Below are positions 27,726-34,975 of a stretch of 64,000 nucleotides of DNA, one piece after another. Under the pieces are notes generated by a model. That model made no database searches. It saw only the letters and a program-made list of their open reading frames with translations, and was not told the DNA's origin. The DNA is from Clostridia bacterium. Lineage in GTDB: Bacteria; Bacillota; Clostridia; Saccharofermentanales; UBA5734. The position numbers and the translations under genes were made by a program. How positions within the stretch are numbered: position 1 is the first letter of the stretch; every line of letters begins with the position of its first letter. Location: NCBI GenBank assembly GCA_040772685.1, contig JAXGXQ010000001.1:321930-385929 (forward strand). The letters run 5' to 3'.

Positions 27726-28070
27726 ATGAAAGCGAATCAACAAGTTATGAACCAGTTCGAACGTGATTCAGCCCGGGAAAGCAGAGGAATGAAACTGCAA
27801 GACGTTTTTCTAAACTACTGCAGAAGAGAAAAAGTCGAGGTAACCATTCAACTGCTCGACTGCACCAGCCGTAATGGCCAGATCGTCGGCTTTGACTATA
27901 CCTCGATCATACTGGAAGCTGAAGGCCGCCAATATCTGCTTTATAAGTCAGCGATTGTCGCAGTTAATCCCAAACAAACAGTGAATTATATTTTTAACGA
28001 TAATTACCGCGGTGACAACCGCATTGGAGTGTCAAAGGGACGCTCGGAATACGCCACATACCTTGCCTAA
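27726..28070 (+). CDS. hfq: RNA chaperone Hfq
   Basis: Sm fold LQDVFLNYCRREKVEVTIQLL...GQIVGFD...LYKSAIVAV, in the miaA-hfq synteny. ATG at 27726 behind GGAGGA. It carries an N-terminal extension of about 22 aa. Confidence 0.85.
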   Translation: MKANQQVMNQFERDSARESRGMKLQDVFLNYCRREKVEVTIQLLDCTSRNGQIVGFDYTSIILEAEGRQYLLYKSAIVAVNPKQTVNYIFNDNYRGDNRIGVSKGRSEYATYLA

Positions 28071-28661
28071 AATTTGACAATCAGGGCGGTCAAAGGGGAT
28101 TGGGCTGTACTTTGGATTCTCAGGCCGCAAGACAACTTGACCGTTCTGATTGGCAAGGGTTTTAACCGTTGCTTCATCATCAATCAAAGCTACAACAGTG
28201 TCGCCCATATTCGCAGTCTGCTGCTTACGCACTATTACGTAATCTCCGTCAAGTATCGCAGCGCCCTCCATGCTGTCACCACGCACCCGCAAAGCGAAAA
28301 CTTCACCGTTATCATCAAAAAATTCGGCTGAGAAGGGGAGGGTACGTTCGATATTCTCTGCTGCCAGAATAGGTACCCCGGCTGTCACCGTGCCAACAAG
28401 CGGCAGGTTTACCACCCGTTCTGATTCTGCACCTGGTATCGTAATCGCCCGCCGTTTGCCAGCCTGATAATCAATCCTTCCGGCTTCCTGCAGGCGTTTT
28501 AAGTGCCCGTGAATTGTAGAGGTGGAACGAATGCCCACGCCTTTGCAAATATCGCGTACTGCCGGCGGATAGCCTTCATCACGAATATATTTAACAATAA
28601 AATCGTAAACCTGATCGACTGTCTCATCGACATTGGAACGGGTAAAGCGGTAAGTCGACAT
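28032..28661 (-). CDS. lexA: SOS repressor LexA
   Basis: Winged HTH (YPPAVRDICKGVGIRSTSTIHGHLKRLQEAG), an Ala-Gly cleavage site (TAGVP), Ser in GDSM, and Lys in ATVKTL. ATG at 28661 behind GGAGG. The supplied ORF starts at 28898. Confidence 0.95.
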   Translation of the reverse strand: MSTYRFTRSNVDETVDQVYDFIVKYIRDEGYPPAVRDICKGVGIRSTSTIHGHLKRLQEAGRIDYQAGKRRAITIPGAESERVVNLPLVGTVTAGVPILAAENIERTLPFSAEFFDDNGEVFALRVRGDSMEGAAILDGDYVIVRKQQTANMGDTVVALIDDEATVKTLANQNGQVVLRPENPKYSPIPFDRPDCQILGKVCGVFRASL

Positions 28662-28707
28662 TGGACAAGCCTCCTGTAACTTCGTGACGCGTTTAATCAA
28701 TAAGTGC

Positions 28708-28767
28708 AGCACAATTCTTCTAAAACATCTTACCAAAAGCAATATATCGACGTCAAACTTTTGTTCG
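28708..28767 (-). promoter_or_regulatory. lexA promoter with LexA (SOS) box
   Basis: On the - strand, CGAACAAAAGTTTG (28767..28754) has one mismatch to the Firmicutes consensus CGAAC-N4-GTTCG. It overlaps the -35 element TTGACG (28756..28751). A 17/18-nt spacer leads to TAAGAT (28732..28727). A weaker second box, AGAAGAATTGTGCT, lies at 28721..28708. Confidence 0.65.
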
Positions 28768-28834
28768 TTTAATTGACATAAATATTCTTTTTGGCTGGGG
28801 ATCATATTTCGTTTAGTTTGCTGGAATCGGAAAT

Positions 28835-28867
28835 GAACTCGAAAACGAGTACATATTAATGTATAAT
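28835..28867 (+). promoter_or_regulatory. Putative promoter of the lexA-divergent gene, overlapped by two palindromes
   Basis: TATAAT at 28862-28867 preceded by TG, and a weak -35 TCGAAA at 28839-28844. Perfect palindromes ACTCGAAAACGAGT (28837-28850) and TACATATTAATGTA (28850-28863) span the core promoter. Confidence 0.4.
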
Positions 28868-28928
28868 CTCTCCAGATAAGATAATGATTAAAAATCATAA
28901 TTATTTGTGCCCAAGAAGGAGATCAGTC

Positions 28929-29897
28929 TTGAAACAAAATCAAGAACCGGCAAAACATAAAACGGATGTCCGGTCGCAGGATTCTGATCCGGAAAACAGC
29001 AAGAAATCCGCAGTGCAGGATACTGTTTCTGCAATTGGAAAGCGTCTGGCCGCTTTGCCGCCTGCGCTTGCTAAACAGCTTTCTGCTACAGGCAAAAAAA
29101 TCAAACAGGGTGTTGCCGGACGTACAGCGCAGATTCGGGCACGGCTCGAAAACCAATTGCCCGAAACAACAAAATCAGGTTCAGCGGATCAGATCGATGC
29201 AAGAGCGCCGGCTCGTTTAAAGCAGGGAAGCAAGGCTGATCAGCCCACCCAAGTACCTGACATCGGCGAAATCTCTCTTGAAGCCAGCCTCAGGGTAGAT
29301 GCTGCATCTGATGATACACGCCCTCAACCTGTTATTAATAAATCTGAATTAGAAAATATTGCGGCTTATGAAAACCGGATATCAGACGAAGAAATTCACG
29401 CATATTCCAGTTCTCTGGAATCGGATTATGCCAATAAAAATTACGTAAACAATAATCGTGCACCAGCTACCGGATCAAATGTGGAAAGAGCAACGACAGC
29501 AGTTGCCGCCACCATGACCAGCTTTTGGACCTCAATAAGGCATGCCTTCAAGGCTTATCGCAAACGCCGGGCTAATGACCGCTCCATCCGCAGGAACTCA
29601 CGCGAGAAGGTGTATCGGCTAAAAGGTTATACCACTGTTGCCAAAGTTAACCGCAAATATGCTTCAGAACGCCGCCAGCGTATTCTGCGCCGCATCTTGA
29701 CGATTATTATTGCTATTCTTACTCTGATTCTTTTATTCAAGTTATATAATCCCTTTACCGATATGGGCGAATGGTCACGAATCTTCGGCATCGATAGCCT
29801 GAATAAAACCGCGACATCCCAAACAACTTCTTCAGTAAGCGGACAAACAAGCACCAGCAGTAACAGCGTAACAGCTACACCACCAGCAACCCGCTAG
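28929..29897 (+). CDS. Hypothetical single-pass membrane protein with no recognisable domain
   Basis: TTG start 7 nt after AAGGAG. The protein is about 322 aa: a long charged low-complexity N-terminal region, an Arg/Lys-rich juxtamembrane segment, one TM helix (TIIIAILTLILLF) and a Ser/Thr-rich tail. A strong terminator follows. Confidence 0.6.
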   Translation: MKQNQEPAKHKTDVRSQDSDPENSKKSAVQDTVSAIGKRLAALPPALAKQLSATGKKIKQGVAGRTAQIRARLENQLPETTKSGSADQIDARAPARLKQGSKADQPTQVPDIGEISLEASLRVDAASDDTRPQPVINKSELENIAAYENRISDEEIHAYSSSLESDYANKNYVNNNRAPATGSNVERATTAVAATMTSFWTSIRHAFKAYRKRRANDRSIRRNSREKVYRLKGYTTVAKVNRKYASERRQRILRRILTIIIAILTLILLFKLYNPFTDMGEWSRIFGIDSLNKTATSQTTSSVSGQTSTSSNSVTATPPATR

Positions 29898-29915
29898 AGA
29901 ATCCAAATTTTTGTC

Positions 29916-29948
29916 AGCCAGCAGGTGAGAGCGCTGGCTTTTATTTTT
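29916..29948 (+). terminator. Rho-independent terminator
   Basis: AGCCAGC-aggtgagagc-GCTGGCT followed by TTTATTTTT. Confidence 0.75.
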
Positions 29949-30311
29949 GCCCGCTTCTTTTGTCAATATTTTTCCAAATCGTATTAGACAAAATAAATAT
30001 TTTATATAATTGGAGAGAGGTAAAACGCTGATTTTAGGGGCTGGAATCAAATTCCAACTGGTTGATAGCAAATTGGCTGCTTTCAGCTAGACAAGATTTT
30101 AAGTTGACTTTCCTGAATATTAGCCCGGCTTCGGACTTTTCTATTTAATCTTTTTTCACTTATTTTGGCTTTCCGTTCGTACTTCAAGTATTCTTGATTA
30201 ATTCCTTGTTTAAAGCTCAAGCACTTGTTAAGATCGCTTCGGGATCGGAAAAATAATTAAGTTAGCTAAGCTGCCGCGATGCAACGTTAAATTCTTTCAA
30301 AGTTTTACCGC

Positions 30312-30360
30312 AAAAAATCAACAGCAGCTTTTGACCCGTCACAGTCAGTAGCTGCTGTTG
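30312..30360 (-). terminator. Rho-independent terminator downstream of leuA
   Basis: Perfect 11-bp stem CAACAGCAGCT/AGCTGCTGTTG, followed on the - strand by ATTTTTTG. Confidence 0.8.
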
Positions 30361-30457
30361 CTGATGTTGGTTGTTTTACCCCGAACAAACGTTCTAGCTG
30401 TTCGGATTGTACTTTTATTGTGTCCTAATGTGTTTAAATCCTACTCGTTGTTGATGA

Positions 30458-32128
30458 TCATTCCTGTTCATCAACTGTCAGCATACGGTTGACGGCGCTG
30501 ATGACTGCGCGCAGCGAGGATTTCGAGATACTGGAGCTGATGCCGGCACCGATATGCTGTTTGCCTTTGTCGTCCAGAACTTTAACATATGTGATAGCTT
30601 TTGATTTACTGCCGCTGGTCAAGGCATGCTCACTGTAGTCCGCGATTTCAAATTTCCGGCCGATTACTTCCTGCAAAGCATTGGTGAACGCATCCAACAG
30701 ACCATTGCCGTGGGCATTGATAATTTTGGCTTTTTCATTAATAACCATTTTGCCGCTGAAGCGAACTTCATTTTCGCCTAGCATCTCTTCCCTGTAATCC
30801 TCCATCTTAATAGGAACCATTAGATTAACATAGGTGCTTTGGAAAAGTTCGTGAATCTCATCGGGTTTCATATCCTTATGTTGATGGTCTGAAACCCGGG
30901 TAACCTCGCGGCTGAATGCCTGCTGGAAATAACGCGGCAACTGCAAACCAAAGCTGCGTTCCAGCACAAACGCCACGCCGCCTTTACCGGACTGGCTGTT
31001 GATGCGGATAATCGGATCATAACTGCGACCGACATCGATCGGATCAATCGGCAGATATGGCACCTGCCAGCAGCTGTCGATTTCAACCCGGGCCATGCCC
31101 TTTTTAATAGCATCCTGATGTGAACCGGAGAAGGCTGTATAGACAAGTTCACCTGCATAAGGATGCCTGGGCGGAACTTGCATATTGGTGGATTCTTCAT
31201 AAACCCGGATAACTTCGTTGATATCACTGAAATCAAGCTGTGGATCGACACCCTGTGAAAACATATTCAGCGCCAGGGTAATAATATCGGCATTACCTGT
31301 ACGTTCACCGTTACCAAACAAAGTTCCTTCTACGCGATCAGCACCAGCCATCAAGCCGAATTCGGTGGCCGCAACGCCTGTGCCGCGGTCATTGTGAGGA
31401 TGCAGGCTGATTTGGATTCCCGAACGCCAGCGAGTGTTTTCAGCGAAAAATTCAATTTGATCAGCGTAGATATTTGGTGTGGACATTTCAACCGTTGCCG
31501 GCAGGTTGATTATAGCCGGCTGTTCTGCCGTCGGCTGCCAGACATCACAAACCGCGTCACATACTTCAACAGCGAAATCCATCTCGGTACCGGTAAAGCT
31601 TTCCGGTGAATATTCGAACATAAAGGTGCTGCCATAGGTATCCTGCTCAGCAAGTTCCTTGATATGACGTGCTCCGGCAATCGCCAGGTCGCGGCACTCA
31701 CCACGGCTCATCCGGAAAACTACATCACGCTGGACAACAGAAGTTGAGTTATACAAGTGGACAATTGCCTTATTAACACCTTGCAAAGCCTCAAATGTTT
31801 TTGTAATTATGTCCGGACGTGACTGCGTCAGAACCTGAATCCAAACATCATCAGGTATCAAATTATGTTCAATCAAATAGCGGGTAAAGGCATATTCAGT
31901 GTCGGAAGCTGCCGGAAAGCCAATTTCTATTTGTTTGAAGCCAAGGTCTACCAACAATTGGAAAAACCGGATTTTCTGCGCCAGACTCATGGGGATTTCC
32001 AATGCCTGGTTGCCATCGCGCAGGTCTACACTGCACCAGACAGGTGCTTTGCTGATTTGTTGATCCGGCCAACGGCGGTGGGGTCTCTGGATAGGTTGAT
32101 ATGCTTTGTACTTCTGATAATTCTTCAT
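30458..32128 (-). CDS. leuA: 2-isopropylmalate synthase, long form
   Basis: Motifs SVDLRDGNQAL and LHPHNDRGTGVA plus a C-terminal LeuA regulatory domain. ATG at 32128 behind AAGGAGGAG. Confidence 0.95.
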   Translation of the reverse strand: MKNYQKYKAYQPIQRPHRRWPDQQISKAPVWCSVDLRDGNQALEIPMSLAQKIRFFQLLVDLGFKQIEIGFPAASDTEYAFTRYLIEHNLIPDDVWIQVLTQSRPDIITKTFEALQGVNKAIVHLYNSTSVVQRDVVFRMSRGECRDLAIAGARHIKELAEQDTYGSTFMFEYSPESFTGTEMDFAVEVCDAVCDVWQPTAEQPAIINLPATVEMSTPNIYADQIEFFAENTRWRSGIQISLHPHNDRGTGVAATEFGLMAGADRVEGTLFGNGERTGNADIITLALNMFSQGVDPQLDFSDINEVIRVYEESTNMQVPPRHPYAGELVYTAFSGSHQDAIKKGMARVEIDSCWQVPYLPIDPIDVGRSYDPIIRINSQSGKGGVAFVLERSFGLQLPRYFQQAFSREVTRVSDHQHKDMKPDEIHELFQSTYVNLMVPIKMEDYREEMLGENEVRFSGKMVINEKAKIINAHGNGLLDAFTNALQEVIGRKFEIADYSEHALTSGSKSKAITYVKVLDDKGKQHIGAGISSSISKSSLRAVISAVNRMLTVDEQE

Positions 32129-32152
32129 GTGCTCCTCCTTGTTAAGGGAAAT

Positions 32153-32460
32153 AAAAAACGCCATTCATCTTCTTTTACAAAGACGAAAGGCGTAATAATT
32201 GCTTTCGCGGTACCACTTTGTTTCGTATCCTGTCAGGGATACGCACTCTGCAAGCACGGGACGGCAAGACCGTCGATGCTCAGTCGCTTTAACGGGCGAA
32301 CCCGACACCACCTACTTATTATTCAGCGTGTACACTCCAGGGCGAGTTCAGCGCGAATCCTTGGACTGCCTTGCACCACCCGGCAGCTCTCTGACCTTGA
32401 ATTTCCGCTTACTGATCCCCATCAACGTGAGGTATTAATTTGTTTAGGTTCAAATGGTTG
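32153..32460 (-). promoter_or_regulatory. T-box leader (Leu, CUC specifier) with terminator
   Basis: On the - strand: an AGTA box, an AGAGAG bulge, a distal GGTGGTGCAA, a specifier context TGAA-CUC-G (codon at 32346..32344), the T-box AGUGGUACCGCG (32219..32206), then the terminator ACGCC...GGCGT plus T6 (32192..32153). Confidence 0.85.
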
Positions 32461-32466
32461 TCGTAA

Positions 32467-32495
32467 ATCTAACACAGGTAATTGGGATTCGTCAA
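32467..32495 (-). promoter_or_regulatory. Putative leuA promoter
   Basis: On the - strand: TTGACG, a 17-nt spacer, then TTAGAT, just upstream of the T-box leader. Confidence 0.5.
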
Positions 32496-32517
32496 GTATA
32501 TAATTTGAAAAAGGTAA

Positions 32518-33501
32518 TCAGGTTGTACCGCGTACTACCAGTTCCGGCTCAACCAGGATTTTCTGGGCAGCGTGGTTCGGGTATACGTCCATTTCAGTCA
32601 ACAGAGCTTCAAACGCCTGGCGGCCAAGCTTGTCGCGCGGCTGTGAAATAGTGCTGAGCCGTACTTGCGGCAGCGAGGCATAGGAAATATCATCAAAGCC
32701 GATAATACCAAAATCACGCGGTACGTTGAGCCCGTGATCGCGCGCATATTGCAGCACACCCAAGGCAATAATGTCATTACCGCAGAAAACCGCATCCGGC
32801 GGGTCGCTTAGCCGGAACATTGAGCCAATCCGCTGATAGCCGGATTCCATACTGAAACCACCATTGTTGATCCATTCCTCACGCACTTCCAGACCGCCTT
32901 CGATCAGGGAACGTTTGTAGGCATCCATCCGGATCTGGTTGGACTGGCTGGTCAGCTTGCCGCCAAGGTAAGCGATCTTTTTGTAGCCGCGTTCGATCAG
33001 ATGACGCACAGCAAGCTTGCCGCCGGCCTCATGGTCGACTTCAATATAGCTGATATCGTCTGGCTGGGCGTGCCAGAAGAGGACGATGGGAACATTGATT
33101 TCCTTAAGACGTTCCTGGGACAACTCATTAACCGGCTTGCAGATAATACCGTCTACGCGCTGTTCCTGCATGATACGCAGCTTATCAGCTTCCTTTTTTT
33201 CATCCCAGCCGGTATTGCAGACAACTACAGTATAGCCGGCTTCTTCAGCGGCTTCATTCACCGACATGGTGATATCTGAGAAAAACGGGTTAGAAACGTC
33301 AGGGACGATCAGAGCAACCATTTCAGATTTGCGTTTTACCAGGCTGCGGGCAATTGCGTTCGGTTGATAACCGAGTTCTTTGGCCAGCTCAAGAATGCGG
33401 TTGCGCGTTTCCGGGCTGACATCGGCACGACTGTTCAGTGCCCGGGAAACAGTGGCATAAGAGACGCCGGCACGTTCCGCAATATCTTTGATCGTTATCA
33501 T
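32518..33501 (-). CDS. LacI-family transcriptional regulator
   Basis: N-terminal HTH MITIKDIAERAGVSYATVSRALN plus a periplasmic-binding-protein-like sugar-binding core. Confidence 0.9.
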   Translation of the reverse strand: MITIKDIAERAGVSYATVSRALNSRADVSPETRNRILELAKELGYQPNAIARSLVKRKSEMVALIVPDVSNPFFSDITMSVNEAAEEAGYTVVVCNTGWDEKKEADKLRIMQEQRVDGIICKPVNELSQERLKEINVPIVLFWHAQPDDISYIEVDHEAGGKLAVRHLIERGYKKIAYLGGKLTSQSNQIRMDAYKRSLIEGGLEVREEWINNGGFSMESGYQRIGSMFRLSDPPDAVFCGNDIIALGVLQYARDHGLNVPRDFGIIGFDDISYASLPQVRLSTISQPRDKLGRQAFEALLTEMDVYPNHAAQKILVEPELVVRGTT

Positions 33502-33582
33502 TTCTGTCCCCCTTGAGTCGGATTATTTAATTTGTTATTGATTATTGGTTTTATCATTTTGATCTTAAATATTATTGGGAAA

Positions 33583-34677
33583 TTATTTCTTCTGAATATA
33601 GCCCAAATGGACCAGCAATTCCGCGGTCAGGATAGCGCCGCCGGCCGCGCCTCGAATTGTGTTGTGCGACAAGCAGGCAAATTTGTAGTCAAAAATCGGA
33701 TCCTCGCGCAAACGGCCGATAGTTACAGCCATACCGTTGCCGGCCATGGCATCCAGCAGCGGCTGCGGACGATTATCTTCAGCGAAATAACGCAGGAAAG
33801 GCTGCGGTGCTGATGGCAGGTTGGCTTGTTGCGGAATGCCGCTGTAATTTTCCCAACGGGAGATGATCTCTTCCTTCGACGGTTTATTGCGGAATTTTAC
33901 CGAGACGGCTGCTGTGTGGCCTTCCTGGACCGCAACGCGATAGCACTGAGCTGAAATAACCGGTTGCGCAGCTACAATAATTGAATCACCGCTGCCGCTC
34001 AGGCTTCCCCAGATTTTACCCGGCTCGGTTTCGCTCTTCTCCTCTTCCCCGCCAATAAACGGGATCAGGTTATGGTCCATTTCCGGCCAGGACTCAAAGG
34101 TTCTGCCGGCGCCGGAGATTGCCTGATAAGTGCAGACATTAAGTACTTCCGGGCCAAATTCGAGTAATGGTGTAAGCGCCGGCACGTAACTTTGCACCGA
34201 GCAGTTCGGCTTTGCGGCGATGAACCCTCTTTTGGTGCCAAGGCGGCGGCGTTGCGCTTCGATCAGAGCGGCGTGCTGCGGATTTATTTCCGGAATTATT
34301 ACCGGAACATCTTCTGTCCAGCGATGCGCTGAGTTGTTTGAAACCACCGGTGTTTCCAGTTTGGCAATTTTTTCTTCTAAAGCGCGGATTTCTTCTTTTT
34401 TCATATCAACCGCACAGAAAACAAAGTCTACATCCGCGCAGATGGCTTCAATTTCTTCAGTGGAACGAACCACCATTGAACGGTAAGCAGCCGGAATTTC
34501 CAGCGGCAGACGCCAGCGGCCTTTGACGGCTTCTTCATAGGTTTTGCCGGCAGAAAATGGCGATGCAGCGATCGCTGCGACTTTAAAATATGGATGACTC
34601 TCAAGCAGGGTCAGAAAACGTTGGCCGACGTAGCCGGTACCACCGATAACCGCGACTTTGAATGATGGCTGTTGCAT
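33583..34677 (-). CDS. asd: Aspartate-semialdehyde dehydrogenase
   Basis: NAD fold VIGGTGYVGQ, catalytic Cys in PNCSVQS, and the C-terminal SHNTIRGAAGGAIL. Confidence 0.85.
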   Translation of the reverse strand: MQQPSFKVAVIGGTGYVGQRFLTLLESHPYFKVAAIAASPFSAGKTYEEAVKGRWRLPLEIPAAYRSMVVRSTEEIEAICADVDFVFCAVDMKKEEIRALEEKIAKLETPVVSNNSAHRWTEDVPVIIPEINPQHAALIEAQRRRLGTKRGFIAAKPNCSVQSYVPALTPLLEFGPEVLNVCTYQAISGAGRTFESWPEMDHNLIPFIGGEEEKSETEPGKIWGSLSGSGDSIIVAAQPVISAQCYRVAVQEGHTAAVSVKFRNKPSKEEIISRWENYSGIPQQANLPSAPQPFLRYFAEDNRPQPLLDAMAGNGMAVTIGRLREDPIFDYKFACLSHNTIRGAAGGAILTAELLVHLGYIQKK

Positions 34678-34975
34678 GTATTGTTTACCTTTCTGTACTT
34701 ACATCCCCGTTTAAGCGGATTTGCCATTAGTTGGACTTGTCCACAATAGGTGGACATTTGTATTTATCCCGAAAATTTTATCATATGTAGTTGATCAGCG
34801 CAAGGCAATCAGCTATAAAGAATGGTCTCTTTCAGTAGTCGGAAAAGCCTGTCTTTGCTGGATCTTTGCGATATCTTCGTACAATGGGGCATCCGACTCG
34901 ATTTATTGTGCTATCGTTTTATTATACCTGTTATTTCAGGTAAAATGAACCTATCGACAACAGGAGGATACAGGC

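Noticed and set aside
28773-28808. TTGACA at 28773-28778 as the -35 element of a LexA-box-proximal promoter for the divergent gene.
   Set aside because: No acceptable -10 hexamer lies at a 16-19 nt spacing. The nearest is CATATT at 24 nt. The TG-TATAAT promoter at 28860-28867 is preferred.
30005-30090. A small + strand ORF of 20 codons (CTG start at 30028) behind a strong GGAGAGAGG sequence, considered as a candidate small peptide or type I toxin.
   Set aside because: The only nearby -10 element (TATAAT at 30005-30010) would start transcription inside the putative RBS. The start codon would be CTG, and the peptide is not hydrophobic, so it is not supportable.
31865-32503. A 212-aa + strand ORF spanning the leuA 5' end and its leader.
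   Set aside because: It overlaps the leuA start and the T-box RNA on the opposite strand. T-box conserved elements and the terminator explain the sequence, and there is no translation signal.
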